Source: Escherichia phage vB_EcoA_4HA11
Strand: one strand, 5' to 3'
Length of the DNA stretch: 64,000 nucleotides
Sequence record: MN445184
The notes under the pieces were generated by a model. That model ran no database searches, was not told the origin of the DNA, and saw only the letters and a program-made list of their open reading frames with translations. This document shows, in pieces, positions 19,106 through 29,819 of the stretch (position 1 is its first letter; each line of letters begins with the position of its first letter). The position numbers were made by a program, and so were the translations under genes.

Positions 19106-21382
19106 TCAAACAACACAGGTATCACAAATTTCTTCAACTTGTTTCAACTCTTCATCTTCCTTGGAGTCTTTGTTGGTGTTGTAATACAGAGTTTTACCAC
19201 CCCACATGTAGAAAGACAGAATATCCTGCATCATAAGAGAGCGCGGGATCTTGCCTTCTGGATATTTCTCTGGGTCATACCATGTGTTGGTGCTGATAGA
19301 TTGATCTACCCAACGTTGTATGACCGCAGCCGTCTTCAGGTATTCAATACAATCCAGATTCCATTTCAGGTCATATAGAGGACCAAGGGTTTCTACATCC
19401 GGAACGATCTGTTTATAGACGCCGTCCTTGCTGCCTTTGATGCTGATGAGACCTTTTGGTGGCTCTATACCGTTCGTTGCGTTCAGCACCTGAGAGGAGC
19501 TTTCAGTTGGTGCTACGGCTAACAACGTGGCGTTACGGATCCCATACTCGGATAGGTTCTGCTTAAGACCTTCCCAGTCAAGACCATAGGCTTGCCCAAC
19601 AGGCTTTTTGCCATTGGGTAGGATGTCCAGCGGGAGAGGCTGAAGGTCGGCTGTTACAAATCCGGAATCATGGATAGTTGATTTCTTACAAGATCCGAAA
19701 CGCATGGCCAGACGGTTGGACGCTTTGACCAAGTAGAAATGAAGATGCGCCATCCACTTGTCTAGAAGTTCTAATCCGATAGGCGATCCATAACCCGTGA
19801 AATTCTTGGCCAGGAAATGTGCGACGTTGACGATACCGATACCCAGAGGACGATATTCTTCTACGGCCAAACGGGCTTGGCGAGCTGGGTAGTCCTGATA
19901 TTCCAACAACATATCCAAAGCTGAAACCAGAACGAAAGCAACATCTTCCATTTCTGTTGGATCTTCAAATGCCGTCAGGTTAAATGATGCGAGTGTACAC
20001 AGGGCAATGCGACCATCTTCATCATCATACTGTTGGAACTCACGAGTCGGGAGCGCGATTTCTAAACACAGATTAGAGCTATAAATCGTGTCCAAATTGA
20101 ACGGACTATACTCGTTCATGTGATCAACGAATGCGATGTAGATCCGTCCAGTGTCAGAACGCTGGTCTAGTAGCATTTGGAACACTTCTTCAGCTTGCAG
20201 CTTTTTGGAACGACAAAATCCGGCGTCGGCGGCCTTGATCATATTGTCGTACATTTCGCGGAATTTATTGACGTCTGCGAAAAATGCTTCATACATTTCG
20301 CGGTTGTCTTTTGGATCAAACAGGTATAGAGGCTGTTTGTTCACCAGGCGCTCGAACATGACGCGGTTAATCTGAATCCCATAGTCGATACGACGTTCAC
20401 GGTTCTCTTCCAATCCACGGTTGTTTTTGAGAACAACGACATCATCAAATTGATAATGCCAGATGGGAACATAGCATGTTGCCGATCCACCACGGATACC
20501 GCCTTGAGAGCAAGACTTCAGGGCACCAGTCAAATACTTGATGAATGGAACCAGACCTGTATGGACCATTTCTCCTTTACGGATAGGGCTACCGATGCCA
20601 CGAATTGCCCCAACATCGAATCCGATGCCAGCACGTTTGGAAACATAATCCACGATGCTTTTCGCAGTGGCATTAATTGAGTCCAATGTGTCACCAGTTT
20701 TGATCAATACACAAGAGCTGAACTGTCGGGTCGGGGTGCGGACGCCGGACATAATAGGTGTTGGAAGACTGAATTTGCCTGTACTGGCGTATTCATAGAA
20801 CTTCTTCACCATTGTCAGTCTGCTTTCTTTATCCCACGCTGAGAATAATGCCATAGCGATTGCCATGTACATGACTTGAGGGGTTTCATAATACACTTTG
20901 CTGTCAGAAGAACGATCACGCAAAAGATATTTTTGAGTCAGCTGGCCCATTGCTGCCCAAGTGAAATTCTTGTCGCGTTTGTGGTTGATGACTGTGTTAA
21001 GTTCTTCGAATTCTTCTTTAGAGTAAAGTTCGAGGAATTCGCGGTCATAAACACCCAGCTTGGTGTTCTTTGCAAAGATATCCAGCAAATGAGGTGGCTT
21101 GTACTGACCATAGACAACCTTGCGCAGGTCATACGACTTCAGGCGGGCAGCAACATATTGATAGTTGGGTTTATCAACAGAAATTAAGGTGGCCGCAGCT
21201 TGGATAATGATATCCTGAATGCGTTCGGTTTTCATGTTATCGGTGAATTGGATCTTCGATGCAGCTTCCACCTCAGACACCGATACTCCTTCAAGGCCGT
21301 CACATGCTCGTTCAATAACGGTATGGAGTTTTTCAATGTCAAAGGGGACAGAAGATCCGTCCCGCTTTATGATGTTAATCAT
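19106..21382 (-). CDS. nrdA: Ribonucleotide reductase large subunit
   Basis: ORF track 19106..21433; ATG at 21382 (MINIIKRDGS, ATP-cone start) with GAGGA SD; class I RNR length and motifs. Confidence 0.9.
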   Translation of the reverse strand: MINIIKRDGSSVPFDIEKLHTVIERACDGLEGVSVSEVEAASKIQFTDNMKTERIQDIIIQAAATLISVDKPNYQYVAARLKSYDLRKVVYGQYKPPHLLDIFAKNTKLGVYDREFLELYSKEEFEELNTVINHKRDKNFTWAAMGQLTQKYLLRDRSSDSKVYYETPQVMYMAIAMALFSAWDKESRLTMVKKFYEYASTGKFSLPTPIMSGVRTPTRQFSSCVLIKTGDTLDSINATAKSIVDYVSKRAGIGFDVGAIRGIGSPIRKGEMVHTGLVPFIKYLTGALKSCSQGGIRGGSATCYVPIWHYQFDDVVVLKNNRGLEENRERRIDYGIQINRVMFERLVNKQPLYLFDPKDNREMYEAFFADVNKFREMYDNMIKAADAGFCRSKKLQAEEVFQMLLDQRSDTGRIYIAFVDHMNEYSPFNLDTIYSSNLCLEIALPTREFQQYDDEDGRIALCTLASFNLTAFEDPTEMEDVAFVLVSALDMLLEYQDYPARQARLAVEEYRPLGIGIVNVAHFLAKNFTGYGSPIGLELLDKWMAHLHFYLVKASNRLAMRFGSCKKSTIHDSGFVTADLQPLPLDILPNGKKPVGQAYGLDWEGLKQNLSEYGIRNATLLAVAPTESSSQVLNATNGIEPPKGLISIKGSKDGVYKQIVPDVETLGPLYDLKWNLDCIEYLKTAAVIQRWVDQSISTNTWYDPEKYPEGKIPRSLMMQDILSFYMWGGKTLYYNTNKDSKEDEELKQVEEICDTCVV

Positions 21383-21466
21383 AGCGATCCTCGGTTTGTG
21401 TTTATGCAGGCTGTTATTATACGCCGCCTCCATGGATTGAAGGCGGCGGGGAAGTTCGTGTGGTAT

Positions 21467-22306
21467 TTAAATGTTGTACAGGTCGTTAATTTCTAACATC
21501 AGGCGGGTGAAGTTGCCGCGACCATTACGATCAGACTTATCGAATTCGATGATGCTGAATGGTTGAACCCACTCTGGATATTCATCCCCGATTTCTACAC
21601 CGTCAATTTGCAAGGAACCTGTTTCCAGCTTGTTGTTGAAGTCTTTAAAGGAATCCACATACGTCTGTAACGCACTATCACGCAGTCGCTTGTTAGACTG
21701 TTTGATATCTCCATTCACGAAGATGTACGAAGAATCTGAAGCACGGGTCAGTAAGTTCTTCAGCTGCTCCATATCGCATTCCTGCGCCTCTTCGATAATC
21801 AGGAAACAATCATCGAAAGTCATCCCTTTTACAGTTTCAAGGTCTTGAATTTCTATGATGCGTTTCTCCCACAGATAGTTGAAGAAACCGTCGGAACCCG
21901 TATCTGTTTTGAGAACCTTTTTGAATGTCTGTATGAGCGGCATCAAATAAGGCATCAGCTTTTCATATGTGTCACCAGGCCGGAACCCTGCTGTGGTGCC
22001 AGTTGGAAGGGGAGAACGCGTGATGATAATCTTGTTGATGGTTTTGTCAATCAGATGTTTTGCTGCAGCAGATGCACCACAATAGGATTTGCCTGTACCT
22101 GCCGGACCGATAGCGATAGTGAGATGTTCATTGAGTGCGGATTGATATGCGAGGTTCTGATTTTCTGAGAGGCCATTGAACGGAGCAATTTTGAAATCGC
22201 CTTTGGAAAACTTCATCCAGTCTTCTTCCTTCTGGATGGTGTCTTTCTTACGAGCAGATTTTGTCTTCGCTGGCTTCATGGATACAACTTTAGACGCAGA
22301 TTGCAT
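21467..22306 (-). CDS. phoH: PhoH-like ATPase
   Basis: ORF track 21467..22342; ATG at 22306 with AGGAAGG SD; Walker A GPAGTGKSY. Confidence 0.8.
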   Translation of the reverse strand: MQSASKVVSMKPAKTKSARKKDTIQKEEDWMKFSKGDFKIAPFNGLSENQNLAYQSALNEHLTIAIGPAGTGKSYCGASAAAKHLIDKTINKIIITRSPLPTGTTAGFRPGDTYEKLMPYLMPLIQTFKKVLKTDTGSDGFFNYLWEKRIIEIQDLETVKGMTFDDCFLIIEEAQECDMEQLKNLLTRASDSSYIFVNGDIKQSNKRLRDSALQTYVDSFKDFNNKLETGSLQIDGVEIGDEYPEWVQPFSIIEFDKSDRNGRGNFTRLMLEINDLYNI

Positions 22307-22390
22307 GTTGAACCTTCCTATATCTACAGGGGTTGTCGACACCTTTAATTAAGCGACACGCCCAGCATACCTGTATATCAGATAAAGAAA

Positions 22391-22407
22391 AAGGCCGTTT
22401 CCGGCCT
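22391..22407 (-). terminator. Hairpin terminator downstream of the endolysin gene
   Basis: AAGGCCG-TTTC-CGGCCTT followed by TTTTTCTTT on the minus strand. Confidence 0.6.
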
Positions 22408-22413
22408 TGAGAA

Positions 22414-23208
22414 TTAGCAGAAACTCTTGTATGCTGCCGCCAGTTTAGTATCATACTGGTTTTTCGCATATGCCGGACCATTGTACCGACGAGCAAACTC
22501 GGCCCAATTCTTATTCTTCAGGGCTTTCCACATATTGGCGTCAGCTTTGATGAATTTCACAAATGCCAGAAGATGAGCGCGTTCACCAGTCAGGAAATCA
22601 GTGAACATCTCTTTGGCATTTGAATAGCCACAGATTTGGCAGTTGAACCCCATGATCTGGAATAGGCCGTAGGAAGCACTCTCGTAAGCGCAGTCCTCGT
22701 CAAGGGCGATTGCACCCTGAAGGCGTTCCAACTCCGCGTCTCCGCCGATATACCCGCCAGAATTGGGGTTAACCAATGTTGGGTAGAGTTGGTACAGAGC
22801 ATTGGCTCTTGCTTGCCCGAATTTGGCCGTCACCTTTTTGTACATGATGTGGCGCTCAAACAGAGTTTTGATCTTGCCAGTTTTGGTAAAACCCGTGCCA
22901 CGGGATTCTACCTGATTCACAGCTTTCATACTGGCCAGCTCAACACCAAGTTCACGTGCTGCGTCAACCAAGTCCGCTTCGGTCAGATGTTCCTGGTGAG
23001 CGTCTCCAGCGTTGCGGATAGCATAGAAGGTCTTTGGCCCAGCAATACCATCAATAACCAATCCAGCACCTGCCTGAACGGATTTGACGGCATTCTCTGT
23101 TGCCTTACCAAATATGCCATCGGCTGTAAGAGAGAAACCGATTTTGTTGAGGCTTTGTTGAAGTGCTTTGACTTCAGAACCTCGGTTGCCAAGTTTTAGA
23201 ATGGCCAT
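22414..23208 (-). CDS. Endolysin: peptidoglycan-binding domain plus N-acetylmuramidase-like domain
   Basis: ORF track 22414..23226; ATG 23208 with GGAGG SD. N-terminal GSEVKALQQSLNKIGF...DGIFGKATENAV is a PG-binding repeat; C-terminal YGLFQIMGFN...NWAEFARRYNGP resembles phage muramidases. Confidence 0.7.
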   Translation of the reverse strand: MAILKLGNRGSEVKALQQSLNKIGFSLTADGIFGKATENAVKSVQAGAGLVIDGIAGPKTFYAIRNAGDAHQEHLTEADLVDAARELGVELASMKAVNQVESRGTGFTKTGKIKTLFERHIMYKKVTAKFGQARANALYQLYPTLVNPNSGGYIGGDAELERLQGAIALDEDCAYESASYGLFQIMGFNCQICGYSNAKEMFTDFLTGERAHLLAFVKFIKADANMWKALKNKNWAEFARRYNGPAYAKNQYDTKLAAAYKSFC

Positions 23209-23277
23209 AAGAAAATACCTCCGCAATGTATGCGAAGGTATTTAAAGTGAAAGTCGAACTTGAGGATTTAGTGTCGA

Positions 23278-23466
23278 TTATCTGACTACGACGATAGGCA
23301 TGATTTCTTTGAAGGAAGTCCTAACTTCGGAATCATACCCATATTTTTCAAATATTTTCAACATCGCTTGTTCCAGTTCCTCTTGGAACTGAGGAAAGTG
23401 CGCGTTGGGAATTCGGTCGGCAACCCATAGAGCGCCAGGAGAGGCTTGGATAATTGCTCTACTCAT
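23278..23466 (-). CDS. Hypothetical small protein
   Basis: 62-aa ORF. Confidence 0.35.
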   Translation of the reverse strand: MSRAIIQASPGALWVADRIPNAHFPQFQEELEQAMLKIFEKYGYDSEVRTSFKEIMPIVVVR

Positions 23467-23516
23467 GTCTCATTCTCCTACCAAAACTTTGAAAGGGGGA
23501 GGTTTCCCCCTTGCGG

Positions 23517-24005
23517 TTAAGCCAGTTTGTTCACCAGAGTTTCTACTGCGTCGGCGCTCAGTTTACCCATTTTGACATACTGGGATTTCGCTTCACCGCC
23601 AGCGGCTTTCACGATATCGCTGTTGTCATAACCCTTTTTCGGGAATACCATCACGGAGAAGGTTCCGTTGTTCAGCGGGTTCAGCTGAATGCGACCTTTA
23701 CCGACTACGATGGTGCCGTAAGTTTCGGTGTTCGCTTCGACAACGTGGATGTCATGGCCCAGGTCTTTCAGCATGCCAACCTTGTCAGCAGTCTTGGCAA
23801 CCACGGCTTTGTCTACGACAACCTGCTCTACCAGGGTGAAGCCGTTGGTCGCTTTCACTTTGCCGTTCAGCAGATTCATGAAGGAAGTTTTGCCACCAGT
23901 GAAGCCAGCTGCCTGAGCGATGCGGAACATTTCAACTTTTGCAACTTCGGTGTTCAGTTCAAAAGAGATGGTGCCGTTGGTGATCAGAGTTTTGGTAGTA
24001 GCCAT
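23517..24005 (-). CDS. Hypothetical protein, probably highly expressed
   Basis: ORF track 23517..24041; ATG 24005 (MATTKTLITNG) with GAGGA SD at -8; own upstream region with a terminator before it. Confidence 0.5.
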   Translation of the reverse strand: MATTKTLITNGTISFELNTEVAKVEMFRIAQAAGFTGGKTSFMNLLNGKVKATNGFTLVEQVVVDKAVVAKTADKVGMLKDLGHDIHVVEANTETYGTIVVGKGRIQLNPLNNGTFSVMVFPKKGYDNSDIVKAAGGEAKSQYVKMGKLSADAVETLVNKLA

Positions 24006-24155
24006 GATGTAATTCCTCATAATGTAGTTGGGTCGTTTCACTTTTCATTCGGCGGGGTGTTGTGTACCGCCCTATGTGAACTATAATAGTGCATGATTAT
24101 TGAAGAGTAAAGTCTTTTTCAATAAATTTTTAAATTATTTTTGAAGTATTTTAAA

Positions 24156-24176
24156 AGGCCTCGTAGAATGAGGCCT
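24156..24176 (-). terminator. Hairpin terminator
   Basis: AGGCCTC-GTAGAAT-GAGGCCT with TTTTAAAA on the minus strand. Confidence 0.5.
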
Positions 24177-24204
24177 AGAGAGAAGGTTTTTGAGTTAAAA
24201 AGTT

Positions 24205-24414
24205 TTAGGTCGGCTTCTTTTTCAAATACTGGCGAGCCAAATCCATTTGTTCTTCAGTGATAGGACAACCGCCGAAGTCCACCATTCCATTCCTCCAACC
24301 ATGGATGAAACTCTTAGATTCTAAGCCAGATAGGACATATCCTTCACGGGCTTGCATATACCCGCGAAGAATCTCTTCATCGTCCATACTATTCAGTTCT
24401 TTCAAATCCATCAT
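24205..24414 (-). CDS. Hypothetical small protein
   Basis: 69 aa; ATGA overlap with the primase stop. Confidence 0.4.
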   Translation of the reverse strand: MMDLKELNSMDDEEILRGYMQAREGYVLSGLESKSFIHGWRNGMVDFGGCPITEEQMDLARQYLKKKPT

Positions 24415-25475
24415 ATCTTCCTCAAGTCAGAAAATCGTAAGGACGCCGACAGTCCCTGATATACGTTCTTGGCTATGATCTGAAGCAGATCACGTATCGG
24501 GATATTTCCCTTGTCGGGGCGAACCATATCATTGATATCCTTCCACGGTATTTCCGGTGGAAACAGAACGACTTTGACTCCGCTGTCTATCATCTTCTGT
24601 ATACCGTCACAAACTTGTTTGTTCCTGTATTGGTTATCGGGGATATAGATGTCTCCCTTAGCACTTAATAAGTCGGCATCGGCAGTCGCAAGACAATTGG
24701 GTAGAAACAAGCTATCAATTGGACCTTCTACTACCAACTTTGTTTTGTTCCAAATGATGCGCTCTTCCCCGTAGATCTTAGTATCTTCGTTCTTAGGCTT
24801 GACAGTGGCATACCGTAATACCCCATCAGGAAGGTTATCGCCGAATGCGCGCCCCTGAACTATCTTCATGCGCCCGTCTTGGGTCCAGAATGGGATTACC
24901 AGCCGCTCATCTTCGGGTATCTTCTTCTGCTTCTCAACATCCGTTTCGAAACTCAGAAGATCTTGACGAAAATTTCTGCTGTAATACAACAAAGATAACG
25001 TGCTCTCCGGCATTCCCCTGCCTTCAACGTAACGACGGGCGATATGATCACGGTCAAGAAGATCAAGGCGTATCATATTCCCAAGGTGCTCTTCATCTCG
25101 TTTGGCGACCTGAGAACCGATACGCGCTGTCTGGGTCAGGCGCTGTAATGGTTTGAGTTTTTGTAACGGGCGGGAACTGGTATCCCCCATGATTCTGAAT
25201 TTTTCAAGGTTGTATTCATTATACAGACGCTCGTCAAACTTCTTCAACCAGAATTCAAACGCCCAACCGCTCATTTCATTACAGTTGTGGCACTTGAAAC
25301 GAAACACATCGTCATCACGATCATAAAAGAAGTGACCACGACGCTTGTTGGCACTCTTCTTAGAATCCCCACATAATGGGCAACGAAATTTGGCGACAGC
25401 GCCAACACGTTCCCAACTGAATTTATCAAGTCGGGGGGCGAGAAAATTGATGTATTGTTCGTCCAAGAATTTCAT
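24411..25475 (-). CDS. 61: DNA primase gp61
   Basis: 354 aa; zinc ribbon FRCPLCGDSKKS...CHNCNE; Toprim region KIYGEERII...LVVEGPIDSLF matches T4 gp61 VLEGPIDSLF. Confidence 0.9.
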   Translation of the reverse strand: MKFLDEQYINFLAPRLDKFSWERVGAVAKFRCPLCGDSKKSANKRRGHFFYDRDDDVFRFKCHNCNEMSGWAFEFWLKKFDERLYNEYNLEKFRIMGDTSSRPLQKLKPLQRLTQTARIGSQVAKRDEEHLGNMIRLDLLDRDHIARRYVEGRGMPESTLSLLYYSRNFRQDLLSFETDVEKQKKIPEDERLVIPFWTQDGRMKIVQGRAFGDNLPDGVLRYATVKPKNEDTKIYGEERIIWNKTKLVVEGPIDSLFLPNCLATADADLLSAKGDIYIPDNQYRNKQVCDGIQKMIDSGVKVVLFPPEIPWKDINDMVRPDKGNIPIRDLLQIIAKNVYQGLSASLRFSDLRKI

Positions 25476-26092
25476 TAGATATTTGGCCTCTGGAACACTT
25501 CTGTCACATTATAATCCACCCCGCGACTTTGAGCTATGCAAAGCTGTCGCCAAGCCCCATACAGAATATTTTGTTCCGCAACCTGATTGCGTTCAAAGTG
25601 GGCGAATTCTTCCAGCATCTGTTTGTACCCTAATAGATAAGGAGGGATATCTGTATGTCTTCTTTTGCCCAAAGATTTAGACAAATATGATGCATAATGT
25701 TCCGGTGAAGACAAAGAGGAATATTGCATATTCGGAACGTGAACGGGCTTCAAAGATTTTCTAGGGGTGAAGTACAACAAACCCCACTTGGGAGGGAGGT
25801 CTTCAATTTTAATAACATCTGCTGGGCAAACATAGAAACGATATGCTCCCATGCCTATGGAAGGATTCATGCGATGAGGTTTCTTTTTGTCTGTCAGGAA
25901 GTCGGCGCGGGAGACTTTAACTTCCATTAATATAGAACAACCTCCAGGTCTGAACCCGATGGCGTCAGGGGATTCACGATTATCGAATGAATTTGGTTCT
26001 ACGAACACAGCACCACAATTCATTTGTTTGTGTAGAAATTTTGCAGCGATTTGACAACCTTCTGAGTGAGAAGGTATAAAGATTTTGCCCAT
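25475..26092 (-). CDS. Hypothetical protein, possible PD-(D/E)xK nuclease fold
   Basis: 205 aa; DAIGFRPGGCSILMEVKVS looks like a D...E-x-K core; weak. Confidence 0.4.
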   Translation of the reverse strand: MGKIFIPSHSEGCQIAAKFLHKQMNCGAVFVEPNSFDNRESPDAIGFRPGGCSILMEVKVSRADFLTDKKKPHRMNPSIGMGAYRFYVCPADVIKIEDLPPKWGLLYFTPRKSLKPVHVPNMQYSSLSSPEHYASYLSKSLGKRRHTDIPPYLLGYKQMLEEFAHFERNQVAEQNILYGAWRQLCIAQSRGVDYNVTEVFQRPNI

Positions 26093-26155
26093 TGTTATCT
26101 GTATCCTATTGATGACGAATGGGCAAAATTATAACCTGATGATGATCCTATTGAG

Positions 26156-26509
26156 TTAGGACAATTGCTTCAGTTTGTAAATCGTTTGATAGCACAAAGT
26201 TTTGATTTCGTCAAGCGTGTTTTGTAAATGGCTATCACACTGATTGTAGATCCCATTAACGTCGATGACCACGCTGTTGATATACGATATCGGTTCAGGA
26301 TTGTATAATTTGATGTTCTCGAATCCTGGAATGTATATACCACCCGCACCAATATACGCTTCCGTAAAGGTGTCTAGCAAGTCCTCCAGTTCCCCGTAGA
26401 ACTCCCCGAGTGCCTTGTGCTTGGCATAGGACGTTGTAACGAAGTGGAGGGCATGAGAGTGGGCTATAGCAAGCAGTCCACGGTTGATGAATATACTCGC
26501 ATTGACCAT
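26156..26509 (-). CDS. Hypothetical protein
   Basis: 117-aa ORF. Confidence 0.4.
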   Translation of the reverse strand: MVNASIFINRGLLAIAHSHALHFVTTSYAKHKALGEFYGELEDLLDTFTEAYIGAGGIYIPGFENIKLYNPEPISYINSVVIDVNGIYNQCDSHLQNTLDEIKTLCYQTIYKLKQLS

Positions 26510-26558
26510 GATATTTACCCCTAAAAAGAAAATCCCCCTGTATTTAGGGGGATTGTAA

Positions 26559-26801
26559 TCACGGCTTGACCAGAGTCATCTTGACGGTTTCACCCGTGTC
26601 GGTGTCTGTCAGGGTCATGATGTCTTGCGCGTTCACGGACTTCACTTTCCCCTGCCGCTTATCACCGTTGCGATTGTAGTAATCGATCAGCTCGCCTTTG
26701 GTTGGACGACCAACATCCGTGATGTCGTACATGCCCTGCTGCCCAAGGCGGCGATGGTCAACCTTTGCTTCCTTCAAGAGGAAGTCCTGGAATCCTTTCA
26801 T
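26559..26801 (-). CDS. Hypothetical protein
   Basis: 80-aa ORF. Confidence 0.4.
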   Translation of the reverse strand: MKGFQDFLLKEAKVDHRRLGQQGMYDITDVGRPTKGELIDYYNRNGDKRQGKVKSVNAQDIMTLTDTDTGETVKMTLVKP

Positions 26802-26810
26802 ACAACCTCC

Positions 26811-27380
26811 TTAGACAGGTTTAACGCCAATATATTTGGCAATGTCCGCAGCTAGGGTTTTCCCCTTACTGATGTCATGCTGTTTGCCAGCGACTGTGAC
26901 AATTACATATGGATCGTCTTCTCCGCCGAAGTCGATTGCGACAGGTTTTCCAATACCAGGAATACCGGAATATTCAAACTCTGTACGACCGCTTTTACGA
27001 GATTTGCCAACGCCCAGCGCTTTACCGATCATCTTATCCATGTTCGCCAATTCTTGGGCATAGGATTCTGTGACCTGACCTTTGCTGGCATCTTTCCCAA
27101 AGAAGAACTCAAAACCGTCATGAACGGCAACAACATCTTTGCCCACAGAAACCGCATGAACCTGGTCCGGTGTGAGTTTTACTTTGGTGGTGTTGCCGTT
27201 AGTCAATTCCAGATTATAGATGTCGGCCTGATTATCTGGAGTGATCTGGGTCACGGTGGCACCAGTACACCATTGGGTTCCGTCGGCCTGTTTGGTGATG
27301 GTTACACCTTTGCCTTGTATGCCGCCATGAGTTTGCGGTTGTTGAGCTTGTTCTTTAAAATATTCGATAAACGGTTTCAT
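26811..27380 (-). CDS. Hypothetical protein
   Basis: 189 aa; AGGAG SD 8 nt before ATG 27380. Confidence 0.45.
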   Translation of the reverse strand: MKPFIEYFKEQAQQPQTHGGIQGKGVTITKQADGTQWCTGATVTQITPDNQADIYNLELTNGNTTKVKLTPDQVHAVSVGKDVVAVHDGFEFFFGKDASKGQVTESYAQELANMDKMIGKALGVGKSRKSGRTEFEYSGIPGIGKPVAIDFGGEDDPYVIVTVAGKQHDISKGKTLAADIAKYIGVKPV

Positions 27381-27431
27381 CGTGGATCTCCTAAGGATTT
27401 TGATGTATTTAGCCCCCGAAGGGGCTATGAC

Positions 27432-29819
27432 TTATTTCAGACTAATCTGAAGATTACCACCCAGTGATTGTTCATATTCACTGTATGCACTATCACCATT
27501 ACTCATAGCCCATTCGTCGGATTGGCGAGCGCGTTCAAGAGTCATGAGATTTGGCTCGGTAGGATTATAGCCTTTAGATTTCGCGTCGTTGTATACCGTT
27601 TGCAGGTATTGGTTGGCACGGTTGATCTGATCCTTGAATTCACGATATGCTCCTTCGGTCGTATTGCGACGGAAAGTGATATCCCAAGCAACATTCAGAA
27701 CTGTACCATTACTGGCTGTGTATACCTGCCAATCCAGATCTCGTCCATTAGGAGCGCTGTCACGAATGGATTCGGCATAGGTGGCCAGATCACCTGCATT
27801 CTTACCTCCAGCAGCCTGATCTTTAGCCCGAGCCAAAGCATCAATGACTGCCGTGCGGTTCCTGGACTGTGCCAAATCTTTGTCTTGGAACATAATCGCG
27901 CCAAATTTACTGACAGTGATGTCATTCAGGAACAGATTGTTAGGGTTATAGTTTGATGAACTGAGATGGCTCAGTTGCGAAGCCGCGTCTTTCAGGCGTC
28001 GAGAAATCTCATCCAATGCATCTTGCACTGATTTGACAGACAACGAAATATCATATCCATTGCTGTCTACCACATTTCGACCATTTTCAGTCAACATGGT
28101 GGTGATGTTGGCTTTATTTCGATCAAAATCGTAAGTTACGTTGGTAACGAATCTTGCGGCTTGCAACTTGCTACCAGCAGGGAACTGGAAATCCCACGCT
28201 ACAGAGAAGCCATGAACGGTTTCACCAAAAAATTTAGCGTTGCTTGGTACTTTGATGTTTGCAGTGATCACTGCATTTTCACTGGAATTGGTGTTGATTT
28301 CACCAAAGATAGTACGCTCGTCGGAAGATTGAACCAACAGAGTATCTTTTCCACGCCAATCATAGCGGACTTTGAATGTTGTACGAGGAAACTCTTTCAT
28401 CAGATCAAGTTTGACCGCCTTGCCCAAGGTAAACCGATTCAGCAGAGCGTCAGCGATCTTCAATGTGAAAGAACCACAATCAACGTAAGAATATCCCTGA
28501 GAACGGGAAATTTTTTGAATCGGATATGGGGCACCATTGATAGGAACCACACGGCATTCTACTTCTCCCGCAAATTGAGAATCGGCTGCACGGGAGATTG
28601 CGCCCACTATTTCATAAGCGGCGTTTTTCACGTCTCCTTCCAGCATAAGTTGGTAATGACCAGACAAATCTGATACTACTTCTACAGAAAGTTTTCCGTT
28701 GACAATTCCCCAGAAATAAACCTGAATGTCCAGACCACCCGAAGTACGATATTTGCCCGCGCCGATTCGTGTTAGTTTTTCACCTGCATACATACCGACC
28801 TGTTGTGGAGCATATGTGTCTACAATCCCCAGAAGGCGAGCAATATAACCCTGATTTCGTAAGTCATCCACAGATCCTGTTTTTGGCAAAGTCTGCATGT
28901 CTATTTTTCCAGAATCTCCCGTCATCTCTTTCCAGAAGATGGACGACTGCTTGGTGAAATCATTCAGAATATTCACAGGGATCTGCGGTAATCCCAGTTG
29001 GCGTACAATAGCGTCTGGGGATTGAGCGCGGATCCGTTTCTCGTTCATGATACTACCAGCATACACACCAGGTTCATTCGCGTGAGGTGCGATATTGGCG
29101 GTAATAGTCCGCCCACGTTCTTTACCAGACCAGACCAGCATAGGCTGAGTATGATCAGCCTTGGTCAGAATCCAGCGAGAATCGGCATTTATGGCTTGGC
29201 TCAAATCATCCATGTCACCTTGTAGTGCGGCGTCACGAGCAGCCTGGTCAGGAACGTCGCCGACTTTGTCTGGGTCGTCCCAAGTCACGCCTTTCATTTT
29301 CGGACCATCGAATACCTGAGCAGGATCCTTACCTTTACGCACAACCCATACGAATGCACGATCAGGGATAGGGGTATACGTCAGGTCCATGACATTGAGC
29401 TTCTGCTTCAGGCCGGACTGACGGATGATCTTCGGCAGGAGGGTAACACCACGTTCCAATGCTTTCTTGGAGAAGTTAATTGCAAAGCCGTCAATGGTTT
29501 TCCCCAAAGGCGTCGCCATGAATTGCTTTGTTGCTTCGATCATGGATGCGATGACACGCATTGGGTTTTTGAAACGACCGATTGCGTCTGGATAGGTCGA
29601 ACCACGTTTCTGGCCTATGAAGACCTGACGAACGTTCTTGCCCAGCCCCTGCGGGGTATAAAATTGGATGCGGAATTCTTTTTCGTCTTCATCAACAAAT
29701 GTGAAGAAAATGTCACCAGCGTTCTTCTTACCGAATGTCAATTCATACGGGGATGAGTTAAACGCTTCGTCTAATTGTTTAGACTCTTCAAGAAAGTTCA
29801 AGAAAGATGGGATGGCCAT
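27432..29819 (-). CDS. Large hypothetical protein (795 aa)
   Basis: Long uninterrupted ORF; no catalytic motif recognised. Confidence 0.55.
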   Translation of the reverse strand: MAIPSFLNFLEESKQLDEAFNSSPYELTFGKKNAGDIFFTFVDEDEKEFRIQFYTPQGLGKNVRQVFIGQKRGSTYPDAIGRFKNPMRVIASMIEATKQFMATPLGKTIDGFAINFSKKALERGVTLLPKIIRQSGLKQKLNVMDLTYTPIPDRAFVWVVRKGKDPAQVFDGPKMKGVTWDDPDKVGDVPDQAARDAALQGDMDDLSQAINADSRWILTKADHTQPMLVWSGKERGRTITANIAPHANEPGVYAGSIMNEKRIRAQSPDAIVRQLGLPQIPVNILNDFTKQSSIFWKEMTGDSGKIDMQTLPKTGSVDDLRNQGYIARLLGIVDTYAPQQVGMYAGEKLTRIGAGKYRTSGGLDIQVYFWGIVNGKLSVEVVSDLSGHYQLMLEGDVKNAAYEIVGAISRAADSQFAGEVECRVVPINGAPYPIQKISRSQGYSYVDCGSFTLKIADALLNRFTLGKAVKLDLMKEFPRTTFKVRYDWRGKDTLLVQSSDERTIFGEINTNSSENAVITANIKVPSNAKFFGETVHGFSVAWDFQFPAGSKLQAARFVTNVTYDFDRNKANITTMLTENGRNVVDSNGYDISLSVKSVQDALDEISRRLKDAASQLSHLSSSNYNPNNLFLNDITVSKFGAIMFQDKDLAQSRNRTAVIDALARAKDQAAGGKNAGDLATYAESIRDSAPNGRDLDWQVYTASNGTVLNVAWDITFRRNTTEGAYREFKDQINRANQYLQTVYNDAKSKGYNPTEPNLMTLERARQSDEWAMSNGDSAYSEYEQSLGGNLQISLK

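Noticed and set aside
23511-24086. 191-aa plus-strand ORF
   Set aside because: Antisense to the 23517..24005 minus-strand gene, which has a strong SD and its own terminator; the plus ORF is His/Gly/Val-rich and non-protein-like.
27432-29819. 795-aa protein as an Alt-like ADP-ribosyltransferase
   Set aside because: No R/S-T-S/E-x-E ADP-ribosyltransferase motifs were recognised; left as hypothetical.
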